Assembly: GCA_964035575.1 (NCBI GenBank)
Contig: OZ037847.1
Span: forward strand, 1,426,001-1,490,000
Length of the DNA stretch: 64,000 nucleotides
Direction: 5' to 3'
Origin: Rhynchopus sp. YZ270_cl-10
Taxonomy: Eukaryota
The position numbers and the translations under genes were made by a program. Each line of letters opens with the position of its first letter. The stretch's first letter is position 1. The notes below the pieces were generated by a model, which saw only the letters and a program-made list of their open reading frames with translations, did no database searches and had not been told where the DNA came from. Positions 1 to 11,729 of this stretch are shown here, in pieces.

Positions 1-603
1 GCCCGCCACCACTCCCCCCATACCAGAGAGCCACGGCGCGGGGTTGGCAGCTTTTCTCTTGAACCACCGACGGAAGGATCCTTCAGCATTGCGACGGGGA
101 TTGACTACAAACAGTTTGACAAGACACCGAGCTCGGACAGCACCGAGATGAAGGAGTTGACGCAGTACTCGCCGCTGTCGTCGCATTCACCTCCGTCTGT
201 TCGGAGTGCGAGGCGGCAGAGGGCACCGCAAAGCGACCTTCTTTCGTTCTCCCCTATGGGGACGGCTGCCGGGTCTTTTGGGGATGCAGGCGTTTTCCAG
301 TCTCCTTTGAGCAATGTGTCCACCCGACAGTCTCGACGCGATCCTAGGAGGGATACACAACAGTTGCCGGTCAGTCTTGCAGGGCAAGAGAGGGGAGGTG
401 GTGGTGGTGGTGGTAGTGGTGTGGACCGCAGAGGTGGTGGTGAAAGCCGCAAGCACGCAACGCTCGCAGCGCTCTTCGAAGAGGATAGCGCCCCCCGTGC
501 AAGTGCAGCTCGCTCTGAAGCTTCGACACTAAGCGCCCGGAAACTGACCCTCCCAGACGCTCCGGATTTCGATAAAATGCTGTCAGAGGTGCAACAAAAG
601 TAA
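1..603 (+). CDS. 3' part of a hypothetical low-complexity protein (5' end lies outside the window)
   Basis: Frame 1 is open from base 1 to TAA at 601-603; GC-rich coding-like composition followed by a T-rich UTR-like region. Confidence 0.7.
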   Translation, partial: ARHHSPHTREPRRGVGSFSLEPPTEGSFSIATGIDYKQFDKTPSSDSTEMKELTQYSPLSSHSPPSVRSARRQRAPQSDLLSFSPMGTAAGSFGDAGVFQSPLSNVSTRQSRRDPRRDTQQLPVSLAGQERGGGGGGGSGVDRRGGGESRKHATLAALFEEDSAPRASAARSEASTLSARKLTLPDAPDFDKMLSEVQQK

Positions 604-2719
604 TCGTTATTGTTATATTTCTTTAACTGGAAGCGCTTGAAAAATGATACTCTATAGGGGTGAGGAAATACGGAATTGAACTGAGTTTTTTTTTTGCATT
701 TTTTCAAAATTCACCTTTTCAATCTGGGAAAAGTTCAAATGGGGTAACGATGGGTATGGGGATATTCTTTTTAGAGTGGTGTGTGTGTGTTTTTCTATTT
801 GTTTCGTTTTCATAGGGGGGTCTTTTTGGGGGAGTTTTTTATGTGACAAAAAAAAAATTACATAGTAACGCTACAGTTTGCTCTGGGGAGACTGGGGAGG
901 GGAAGTGTCATATCTACTACCCCTTTTCTCTTTTGTCTCTTTTGTTTGTGATATAGGTGACCAAGGAGTTAGGGTCATCTTACAAAACTTTTATTTGTTT
1001 TTGTTTTTGTTTTTTTTTACTACCATTTTATGCAAAGTGCGCCAAGAGATCATCTTTGCCACTTTTTTCTCTCTTTTGTTTTTCCTTTTTTTCTACACAC
1101 CATTCATTTAGCAATATTTCACATTGATGTGCATTTTGCTTAGGCTAGCTTCACTGACTTATGAATTCAAAAAAACATCATTTCACGCCTTTTTTATTGC
1201 CTTTTAGCCCCCCTCGGTAGGTGAGGTGACTCCGTAAAGAGGTTACTACCTACCTGGGAAGAACCATAAAGGGGCACAACGATGTGACCCTTTCTCTGAC
1301 AACCCGCTAATCCTGCAGCTTGACCAGTCTTAAAATCCCTTTGCGGGTTTGCACAAAAACCTGCAAACCCGCCATCTGTTTTTTTTTTCTCATTTGAGGA
1401 TGAAGTTTCCTGCTGATCTACAACAGCGGGGAACTAAAGGGATTCCACTAGGTGCACGCTGCAAAGGTGATCTTAACTAACAGTGTATCATTTTTTTTAC
1501 GAACTTCATTTTTAGGTGGTTCTTAGGCTCGTACGACCAACTTATTTCTTTCAGAACGGAACGCAAATAGGTCCCCGTTTTTCATGTTAGTTTCCGATGT
1601 TTGATCGAATAATTTTTTTTCTGACTTTTTAACAAAAACTCAATCGTAGTCAGTGTCGTGCTTATGCAGCGAGAAACCCCACCCCCTCCACCCCCCTGTT
1701 GGAAATGGTGCTAGTTTGAGGTTGGCAACTACACCCATTCTGACTAAAAAATGTTTCAGCCATATTAGTTTTGTGGAGAACATCCTTTGATAGGCGTATC
1801 CACACTAATACAAAAAAAGTTTTCCCCCAAAAAAAATAAAGTCTTTTTTTTTTCCCTTTCCTCTTCAACTTACCATATCTGGACAAATGTCTGGTTTTGT
1901 GCACACCCCCCACCATTCCGTTCGCAGTTATCCCCCCCTTATTGGTTGCATGCATCCAAATTGACACACGGAGGGAGCTTTTTTTTATCAAAATATATGA
2001 ACCAATTTGTCAGCGTATTTGTTTGCGATGATGACGATAGAAAGCAAAGTCTAATTATTTTTTTTAAAAAAATGTTGATATTTCCGTTAGTACTTCAGTC
2101 AAAAAGAACCTCACCCCTCCTTTCCCTCTTTGAAAAAAAAAAAACATAATTTTCTTTGGGCGATCTGCATCAATACCAATCATACACCCCTTCGGGACAG
2201 TGTCACCTACGTTCTGTAGGCCAGAGGCTTTTTAGGAGACCGTTAACCTATTGCGGTGAACGGTACGGCCTGATGCAAGAGAAAGCCATATTCCCTGTTT
2301 TTTCCATGCACTTCCACTATACACCCTACTACAAAAGTAGTGTTGTATACAAGACTGCAAGCCATAATGTAAAATCATTTGATACAAAATAAGGGTTTCC
2401 TAATCTCCCATCTCCCGCACACCCTTAGAGGAGGTGTGCCGTCTGTATCCTAACCTTTTTCCAAAAAGGTCACATATTTTCAGAACCTCGGGGTTGACTG
2501 GATCGATAGCAATATAACAGGCCAGAGTTTTGTTTTCTCGCCACTCTTGCCACTCTGACACTCTTTAGGGATATTAGGTGTACCATCTGTAAGTATCCCA
2601 GCCTTTTCAAAAAAGGGTGTAAATGAAGAACCCATTTGGGTGATTTGTCGATCCAAAAGAAAGGGTTTTTTTCATAAAAAAATTGCTCTAAAGGGTTCAG
2701 GAGTGACGTCTGTACCTTT

Positions 2720-2808
2720 CCGTAGTACAAAAAGGCTTCGGCTAATATTGAGTACAGACCCTAGGTTCTCCAAGCGGGGTCTGAAGGCGATTGTTGGTGC
2801 AACAAAAA
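2720..2808 (+). repeat. Representative copy of the ~80-nt two-hairpin family ending GATT(T)GTCG..CAACAAA
   Basis: Related copies at ~2587, 3605, 26266, 26814 and 42243. Confidence 0.7.
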
Positions 2809-2882
2809 TGAAGGACTGTCTGCATGGCAGCTGCGTCAAGCCAAGAGATTCAGTGGAGACTGTCTATATAGCTGCACTAAAC

Positions 2883-3561
2883 CAGGGGATTATATAGTGG
2901 GGTAAAACTCGGTCAGCCTGACCGAGTTTACAGCAAGCCTTAACTAAAACTCGGTCAGGCCAAATAAAAAAAAAAAAATGATAAATCTTGGGGGAAAAAA
3001 TCGGTTTTCTTTGGTACCTCACACGAGCCTCTGAGAGTGACCAGAAATGGCCTCATGAACAAAGTGACCCCGTCACAGCCAGAACGCGACTCGATTGGCC
3101 AAACGCCGAAGGAAACGAAGCATGCAGCACGACGAAAATAAAAAAGTAGCGTACCGTGCGCCTGCGGCGCAAGCTTGCAGCCACCCTTCTGCGCATTTTT
3201 TTGAAATGTTGCGTACCGTGGCTTCGCCAGAAACTTTTGTTTCAGCAAAATATGGAAGTAAAATTTACGGAAACTGACGATAATTACCAACGACAGTGAC
3301 ATTTATGTCAACATTTTTTAGAAATGTTGCGTACCGTGGCTTCGCTTGGGTGCCATGATCGCCGTTTCTTTTGTGAATGTACTGAGGTTACTGATAATTC
3401 GTGTACCACGTGTGCCTGGCACAAATATAAATGAAGTGCCGAACTCCGAGGAATTCTCACATTCCGCCGGAGGCCCCAACTTGAGCTAAGGTGGGGACCC
3501 GGGCTCGACCGAGTTTTGACCGAGTTTCAGCGAAAACCCCCGAAACCTATATAATGCCCTG
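2883..3561. mobile_element. hAT-like MITE, 679 bp
   Basis: TIRs CAGGGGATTATATAG / CTATATAATGCCCTG; 8-bp TSD CACTAAAC at 2875-2882 and 3562-3569; subterminal AAACTCGGTC/GACCGAGTTT repeats. Confidence 0.9.
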
Positions 3562-4172
3562 CACTAAACCCAACAAATTATTACAAAAAAATAAGCATAA
3601 AATATAGCCCTTCGCGGCAACTCTGTGTACAGGTCTTACCTCTGGTAGACGATTTGTCAATAACAAAAAAAAAAAACCTCTGTTCATTCTCAGCGTTCTC
3701 TCTGCCGATGTAAGATTCCGTTTATGAAAAAAGCGGAATCTTTTTCCTGTTAAGGTGACTAAGCACAGAGAGGCTTAGGATCATCTCATTATTTATTTTT
3801 TATACTCTCTCTCTCTCTCTCTCTAGAAACAACAATACTCTACTTCGCCTGCCTCTCCTTGACATTATGAATCTCCTCCTCTTCTTCGCCCCCCTTTTTT
3901 CTCCCACACCTTCCTTGCAACTCTGGACATCAAATTTAATTTATTTACTTCGCTTGCCTGCTTGCATTCGGTTGTCGTGAGAGTTCATTTTTTTCAGATG
4001 TAAACCACAAAATGGATTGTAGGACTGCATGGTTGGGGTTGTCCACCCCCTCGGTACAGCCGGTCATACCAAAGGTACACTGTTCACGAGAGGGTTTTCT
4101 ATTTCAACTCTACCCTCATTCCTCTCCTCTCCACACCCTTTATCTTTACACCTTTTCAGAAGAACAGAATAA

Positions 4173-6139
4173 ATGGAGGAGGATGAAGCACTGCTTTCCG
4201 GTAAAGGCGTGCGGGTTGAAACAGTTCGCGTGGACCTGCAGGGAATGGACGGCAGTCAACTCTGCTGGACCTATGGGCTGAATAAGGTTGACGGAGCAGT
4301 TGAGGTGCCCTTTGCTGTTCCATTGTATTATAAGGAATTGCGGTATCTTTCCGCTGGCGCACAAGGGGTTATCGCTAAGGCAGTGAACACGCGGAGTGGG
4401 GAGGCTGTTGCTATTAAGATGCTTACGTGCGATGCGCAGCCACGCCATGTGCTTCGTGAGATACGGACGCTTTCTCTTGGACAGCACCACTGCAATCTTA
4501 CCTGCGCGACAGAGATGTACTACCACATCCGGGAACGCAGTAAGCTGAGTGTTTACATTGTTATGCCCCTGATGGCTGGGTCGCTTGACCAGTGGCTTGA
4601 TCACTACAAACGATGGCGTGCCTCGACGTCTGAACCTGCCACTCCCGTTCCCCAGGACACCGTTGCCATGGTTGCCTACCAATCCCTTCGTGGACTCTAC
4701 TTCCTCCACTCAGGCGGGGTGCACCACAGAGACCTTGCACCAAAGAACGTTCTGTTCCAACCGGTCCCTAATGGCACCCCAGTCATCCATGCCGAGCAGC
4801 CTGCGAAGGTGCGGATACCACATCTGGTGCAACGTGCGATAGATCTTATTGCAGATGTCTCAGTGTCTGAGGAGGAGGTGCACAGCGCACTGTACAATGC
4901 TGCGCTGTGTGAACCAGTGTTGATCGGGAATTTGCTGATGGCAAAGGGGTGGGACCAGGAGAAGGGGTTTCCGGGGGGTTATAAGCGGGGTGAGTTTGCG
5001 AAGGAAATTGCGAGGCTGTTTCTTCGCAGTGAGAGTGCGGGGTGTGTTGACTTGGCGCCTGTCGACAACTACAATGGGCCGCCTTTGAGAATACGCACCT
5101 CCATCACCGACTTTGGTCTGTCACGAACTGTTGTCGGGGATGCAAGCGAACAGCTCACCGACTACGTGGTAACACGGCACTACCGAGCACCTGAGCTGAT
5201 CCTAGGCCAGGGCCTGCATACGTACGATGCTGTGAAGGTGGATGTGTGGAGTCTTGGTTGTGTGATAGGCGAAATGCTGTCGCCAAGGTTGGACACATTG
5301 TTGCCAGGGAAGACGGTGATGCAGCAGATGGAGTATATTTTTTTGTTGTTAGGTGTGCCGGATCCGGGCGAGGTGGAGTCGTTCACCACGCGGACAACGC
5401 TGAACTTTGTGCGCATGATGAAGGAGAAGGAGCGGCAGCGGGGTCAGCCCTTCGGGACAAACTTTGCGAAGTTCTTTGCGGGCGCGTCGCCGGAGTGTGT
5501 CGAAGCGTTGCAGGCGATGCTTGTTCTCTCGCCTACCAAGCGTGCCACCCTCGAGCACCTTCTTGACCTTCCCTTCTTCAGACGTGGTGCTGCCCTCTGT
5601 GGCTACCCAGGAGATCTTATCAGTGCAACGCAGCTCGGATCAGAAATGGAAGCCGTGATGCAGGCAGCGCCGAACGAAACAGAGTCCGCAAGGAGGCAGC
5701 GTCATTCTGATACACGCCAGCTTATTATGTCTGAGGTGTGTACTATTTTGTTTAGGTGACTAAGCACGAGAGGCTTAGGATCATCTTATAAACTTTTCTT
5801 TGTTTCCCCCCAAAAAAGCTGACGATTGCCGATAAAAGAAAATGTTGAGATTTGCGGGGGGCACTGTGCACCCCGATATGTTGGGTTCTCCTTCAAAGAT
5901 ATCTTTGAACCACTATCATTTTCCGGATGCACTTTCAACTTCTCTTTTCAACACAAACCCCCTCTCCCCCTTTACAGATCTACATGCACCGTCTCCGTCG
6001 GTCCCAAGTAAACAACTTCCTGGCACGAAGCCGCTCCGACCGCAGCAATCTCCGTTCCTTATCCCTCTGCGTAGCGCGGGTATACGGATACGACATGCTA
6101 GATGAAATAGTGGGCTATGTGTTCACCTTTGTGCAATAA
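4173..6139 (+). CDS. MAPK-like (CMGC) protein kinase; exons 4173-5735, 5978-6139
   Basis: GAQG loop, VAIK, HRDLAPKN, DFG and TDYVVTRHYRAPE activation segment (TxY). Intron GTGTGT(5736)...CAG(5977) joins LIMSE|IYMHR in frame. Confidence 0.9.
5754..5787 (+). repeat. Representative copy of the dispersed AGGTGA...TCATCT hairpin family
   Basis: AGGTGA-CTAAGC-acgagag-GCTTAG-ga-TCATCT; near-identical copy at 3753 and more than 10 variants elsewhere. Confidence 0.85.
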
Positions 6140-6937
6140 CACTATAGGGGTTGGGAGGGGGTTAAAACGAAGGGGCGAGGAGGGGGGAAGACGTTGACTA
6201 CATACCCAAGACACCCCACCATGGGTGAAGGGATTCGAAAAAAAAATGGTGAAGGTTGTCCATATACTAAGCCAAAGCAGATTGAAAAATAGAAAAAAAA
6301 ATATATATCCACAAAACGGAGAAGGGGAGGAGATGACTGCAGACCGCTTTGAGTGGTTGCTGGACGTAGTTTATCAAAAAAAAAAATCCCCTCGTTTTTG
6401 CGCCGTGAATTCATTTTTGACCACGCTGCTGCAAAACCACGTTTTGCGTGAAATATCCGCCAACCAAAGTCAGGACAGACCAGACCAAGGGTCAGGGCAG
6501 GGATACGGGGATAGTTATCTCTGGCAGTATTTTTGTGTTGAAATCCCTAAAAATGTGATCCCGCTTTTTTCTTTCAAGAGATGCTGTGGGATAACCATTC
6601 GTTTTGCTTTTTTTTAAAAGGTGCGCATGAAATGCAATACCATGCAATTTTACATTTCATTTTTTTTATTTTATGTTCCGGTGGTCTGCGTTAAATCTGT
6701 GCAGGGTCACATTTTTCCAACTTTCCAATTTTTCTTCAAAACCCCGTTTTACAAAAAAAAACAAGAGACAACCGTCAAGCAACGTGATAACGTTTTTTCA
6801 AAACAGTATTTTTATACCTTATTCCCTATCCGCACGATCAAAGATTTTATTCTATTTTTTTCTCTTTTTTTTTTCTCTCCCCCACTTTTTTCTATCTCAC
6901 CAAATCGACAAAAAAAAAAAAAAAAAGCACCTCAGCC

Positions 6938-8074
6938 CAGGCTTTGCGCTAACTTCTGTCCTTTGTCCCGGGATTTTTGGATATTTTTGTGGTGCGTTTT
7001 TTTTTTGCAAACCGGGGTTTCCTTAAGAAAACCAGAGAATCTCATATTTCATAGTAAGGGTACTTTAGAGTGTTTTCACACACACATGTGACCCCACCGT
7101 GGAGAGCAATCGGCTCGCGCGATCAAAAGAAAGCAGAGAAGAGGGAAAAGAAAAAAAGAAAAAAGTTGGGTACCGTGCGCCTGCGGCGCTACCTGTTCCT
7201 ACCCTCCTTTATGTTTAAACATGATGTACTTATGTACAGTTCATTTTATTTTGAGTACGACTCCACATCCCCCCTGAGGATGATCCCCCCTCCCTCACGG
7301 ATAAAGATTGATTAGGACGCCATGGGGCACACCCCCTCCGAGGCCATAACCGTCCTGGGTTTTCTCACTCTTCTCTGTGGTCACTGAAACCCCACCGTCA
7401 TCACTACGTTACCGATAGCTTCTTCAGTACGTTGGGTTTTCAGACCTGAAAATAACCCTTGTTTACGAGTATGGGCTCATGTTTTGTCAAATTTTAAGTC
7501 GCTGCATTTTTGTCCATTTTTCCGTACCCCACCACAATCCGGGATTGGTTCGGAAATGCAACAAAACGACCTCTTGGCGGGGAAAAGCCACAGGAAATTT
7601 ATGCACTTTTTGCAAACAGGGGTTTCCTTACTAAAACCAGAGGAATCTCATCGTTCAGAGTAAGAGTACTTTAGAGTGTTTTTGCACACACATGTGACCC
7701 CACCGTGGAGAGCAATCGGCTCGTGCAATCAAAAGAAAGCAGAAAAAAGGGAAACATAAAAAGACAAAAGTTGGGTACCGTGCGCCTGCGGCGCTACCTG
7801 TTCCCAGTCAAAACACCACAATTTCATCTGAATTTGGGTTTTCAGACCTGAAAATGCCCCTTGTTTAAGAGTATGGGTTCATATTTTGTGAAAATTTAAG
7901 TCACTAAAATTTTGTCCATTTTCCCGAATATGCCCCACCACAGCGCGGGATTGGCTCGGAAATGCCACAAAACACTGTTTTTTCACCCCCTGACGCACAA
8001 CTATTTGAGGTGCGTTTTTTTGGTCCCGAAACACGATTTTTCAGATTTTTTTCCAAAAGTTAGCGCGAAGCCTG
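6938..8074. mobile_element. hAT-like non-autonomous element, 1137 bp, with internal direct duplications
   Basis: TIRs CAGGCTTTGCGCTAACTT / AAGTTAGCGCGAAGCCTG; 8-bp TSD CCTCAGCC at 6930-6937 and 8075-8082; internal repeats ~7005-7200 vs ~7610-7805 and ~7432-7560 vs ~7835-7970. Confidence 0.9.
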
Positions 8075-8303
8075 CCTCAGCCTCCATCGCCATATCCTTT
8101 AAAAAATACACCCCCCCTTCTTAACACCCACCCACCCTCTATCAGAATTTTCCCTCTCTCTCCCTTCATCTCTTTTTCATAGGGTCACCTTTTGCACACC
8201 CCCTTTTCTTTGTCTGCATTTTCTCAACTTCTCTTTTTAGTTCTTTCAGCCATTTAGCCATAAACAGATAGATCTCTGTTTTTTTCTCCTCAGTTTCATT
8301 CCA

Positions 8304-9977
8304 ATGATGATATGCGAAACTCCAGACGACTTAGAGCATTCTCACTTATTAGATAAATCTCCAGAAATCCTAGAACTGGATGCATTGATAACAACAGAAT
8401 ACAAGACAATTTGGGGAGCAAATGGATCAGAAAACGTTCTAGCCGCACAGTCCGCAAAGCGGAACTCCGTAAAGATCCTTGAACCCGAGGTGGACAAGCT
8501 ATTGGAGGAGGCCCTCTCAAACTCCGCACATCACAAGGCTAAGTCCCGCCCTGACAATGTCGAACCCAAGCCGAAACTCTCCAAACCGGTTCGCAAGCAT
8601 GCCGACCTCCCCTTCCACCTGGTTCACACCAAAGACTCCGAACGCTCACTCAGACAAGGAATTGAGGCCTCTGAGGAAAAATTTCGGGCATCTCTTTTTG
8701 CTAGCCTCCTTGAGTCCAATGAAAGCACCTTAAAAGGGTGCTGGGCGGAGTTGATTATGACGGAGAAGAGGGCGAGGCTGCAGTTGGAGGACGTTGTGTT
8801 GAAGGAGTGGCATGTGTTACTGCAGATCCGTGATGAGTGTGAGAGGGGTGGTGATGTGCAGACGATTACTGCAAAGGCGGCGAATGAAACCTCACAGAGC
8901 GAGAGGGAGGAGGCACTGCAGAATACGGTGGCAATTTTACGCAGTAAAAACGAAGTGTTGGAACAGAAGCTGAAGCATATCGACACCGCAGAGAACGTAG
9001 CCTTGCAGGGAAAGCTGCGGCTTGCAGAAGCAACAATCGCAGAACTGCGTGCAGAGATCCGCTCACTCCACCTTATCAGCACGTCTTCAAAAAACAGTCT
9101 CGCAAACCTTCGACGCAAAGAAACCGACAACCTCCTTGCTATCCGCAACAACAAACCCGCCACCCCACGTCTCCACCTCGGTGCTCTTACCAATACTCCA
9201 AACGACGCCTATTTGGAGGAGCAGCTCAAAAACGAAACCGAATCGCGTCAAAACCGCGAGCTCGCCAAATCGCTTTCCATGCGGAGCAAAGAGAAGAGCA
9301 CGGCAATACCCCCTTTAGACATGAAGCCTCTCACCCCTGGGCGGTCTCCTCCGGAAGGCGATACTGACCTTTCAGAGCAGCTTACTCAAGAACATCGGTC
9401 CAGATCCAATAAACAGATGGCAAAGAATGCGAGCATGCGGCTTGCTCCCATTGGGGTAAAGCCGGTTGTTCCTCCGATACTAGGTACGAACCCGGTGCCA
9501 GCTCCGGCTCCTTTGGCAGATTTGGACAATCATTCAATTAATTCGTACACAACGTTTGATACGGAGAGTGAAGATGGGGTGGTGTGTTCTCCGTTGGCGA
9601 ACAGCCAGTCTCCGTTGGTGGGGCGGCCGATGGTGAGTATATTGAATTTGCGGAGTATGCGTGATGAGGATGTGGATTTGGAAGAACAGATTGGGATGGA
9701 GCATCGGTCGCGGAGTAATAGGCAGCTGGCGAAGCATGCCTCTGTGCACCATGCGAGTAAGCACCTTGAAAGCAGCCACAACCTTACCCCACGTCTGCCC
9801 CTCCACGAAATAGACACCTTCGCGGAGGACGAAGACAAAGGCACCCAGCTTGCGATGGAAGAACGCTCCCGCAGCAACCGTTCCTTCGCAAAACGGCAGT
9901 CGCTCTCCACAGGAAACCTCTCCCCGGTCTCCTCAATGAATCATGGACACTGTCCAGTGTCGCCGCGTGGACGATGA
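8304..9977 (+). CDS. Hypothetical coiled-coil protein with four copies of a ~25-aa C-terminal repeat
   Basis: 557-aa ORF with a heptad-rich middle; repeat QLxxExxSRxNRxxAKxxS. Confidence 0.8.
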   Translation: MMICETPDDLEHSHLLDKSPEILELDALITTEYKTIWGANGSENVLAAQSAKRNSVKILEPEVDKLLEEALSNSAHHKAKSRPDNVEPKPKLSKPVRKHADLPFHLVHTKDSERSLRQGIEASEEKFRASLFASLLESNESTLKGCWAELIMTEKRARLQLEDVVLKEWHVLLQIRDECERGGDVQTITAKAANETSQSEREEALQNTVAILRSKNEVLEQKLKHIDTAENVALQGKLRLAEATIAELRAEIRSLHLISTSSKNSLANLRRKETDNLLAIRNNKPATPRLHLGALTNTPNDAYLEEQLKNETESRQNRELAKSLSMRSKEKSTAIPPLDMKPLTPGRSPPEGDTDLSEQLTQEHRSRSNKQMAKNASMRLAPIGVKPVVPPILGTNPVPAPAPLADLDNHSINSYTTFDTESEDGVVCSPLANSQSPLVGRPMVSILNLRSMRDEDVDLEEQIGMEHRSRSNRQLAKHASVHHASKHLESSHNLTPRLPLHEIDTFAEDEDKGTQLAMEERSRSNRSFAKRQSLSTGNLSPVSSMNHGHCPVSPRGR

Positions 9978-10116
9978 AAAAGGGGGTTTTTTTTGTCTCA
10001 ATTTGTTTTACCAAACAAATTTGAAAGTATTGGCATTACACCAAAGGATGAGGGGGGGTTTTTTATGTTTTAAAATTGATTTATTTACCACCATTTCAGG
10101 GTAGAAAAAAAATAGG

Positions 10117-11006
10117 ATGAAAACTGTTTTGGTAGTGGCGGTGCTGCATGTGGTGGTGGCGGCGATGATAACGAGTTGTCCGTGGGCGTTGCGGGCGGTG
10201 ATGGAGAAGAGTCGGGTGGATGACGACCTGGCGGAGCATTGCTACACACCTTCGAAAGGGATGGAGGCGTGGGGGGAGTGCAAGAGCACGGGGAAGTCGG
10301 AGTTTCCGGCTATGGATGACTTCCCAACAGGGGGCCACCAGGTGCTCTCGGACGGCTACGGCGCAGACCCAGAAATCCTGAACGACAACAAAAAGCTTCT
10401 CGACCTCCTCAACTCTGCGGCAGAGTGCTGTGGGTCCTCCGTCATGTCGCACACAGACCACCACTTTGAGCCGCAAGGTGCAACCCTCCTTGGCCTGCTC
10501 TCCACAAGCCACTATGCGGTCCATACGGTATGTTTTAAACACGAGAACGAGACAGAATACATTGAGCAAGGTGTCGCTTCATTGTCTGAGACACTGAGTG
10601 ATCAATTTTTTGGGAGGGAGGGAGGGGTTTTGTATTGGGAGAACAACAACACAATATTGAACGACAGTGGCCGGAGCGAAATGCATTCACCCTGGATGTC
10701 TACTTCTGCACACCTGAGGCGCGTGCGCAGGTCATGCGGTTTGCGGAGATCGTCTGCGAGGCTGTCAAGGTATGGAGGGAGAATTGGGTATTGTCTTTTA
10801 GGAAATGCAATTCTATTTGCTCAAAAAAAAAATCGTGGCTGCTATCTGGTGATACTCTATAATCAAACAAAAAAAATTATGAGGAAACCCTCACAAAATG
10901 TACACCGCTTTGTATACAATGGGACCATGAAGCATCACCATCTATCGTTTAAACAATACAGGCCGAAAAATGTTGCTACCGAGTTGTCCGGAGGCCTTTG
11001 GTGTGA
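10117..11006 (+). CDS. speD: Prokaryotic-type S-adenosylmethionine decarboxylase (SpeD) homolog with N-terminal signal peptide; exons 10117-10527, 10668-10769, 10962-11006
   Basis: GHQVLSDGYG...HHFEPQGATLLGLLSTSHYAVHT|WPERNAFTLDVYFC matches the SpeD motif FxPxGxT...ESHxxxHTWPE...D.fxC once the GTATG introns are removed; hydrophobic N-terminus MKTVLVVAVLHVVVAA. Confidence 0.85.
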
Positions 11007-11729
11007 TAGAGTTGCAGCGGGATACAAAACTAAGCAACACAAATAAAAGCACGACAGCGAAGATCGTGCCCTGCCACCTTTTGGTGAACGTGTTGTTTTG
11101 AAGGCAGGTTGTGGGCAGTTCCCTCGAGCGGCGTTGCACAGAACGTTGCTGGAAAATCTCATTTAGAGTGGGTAACGTTCTTCGGAAGCGGAAATTGCCC
11201 TACTCCTGTGCCTATCTACTGCACCCCTTCACCCAAAGAGATCTGCCATTCGTTTTCCTGCTCTTTTCTCTCGGCAGTTTACGTTTATTCAAATTTATCG
11301 AATAAAAGTTATTTTGGGAGTCCCCCTTTACTATCCCGTTTTTTTTCCCCGATTGTGATCAGGGTGATAAGATTAGGTTCACCTTCTCTAATTTTTTTTT
11401 CTCTTTTTTTTCCTCCCGCTGTTGCGGCCCCCTAGCTAGAGAGGCACTCTCGATCAAGGTGACTGACTTTTTATTTTCTCTCATTTTTCACGAATCCTTG
11501 ACACACACTGTGCCACTCTACGTCCTATCCCATCTCCACTTTTTTTTTTAGACTTTTTTCAAATTGAACCTCCCCTCACTCTCTTTTTCACCTTCCCCAG
11601 CACCCCCTTTTGGTGACCATCCTATCGTGCCTGAAATTGTAGAAATTAATTTCTATTTTATCAAAATAATCCTCAAAAATCCCTTCTCAACACTGCATCC
11701 CCCATCTCTCCAGGGGGTATATTGTGACC

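Noticed and set aside
10528..11046. C-terminal half of the 309-aa ORF 10117..11046
   Set aside because: It reads through intron sequence; the conserved HT|WPE motif is restored only by splicing.
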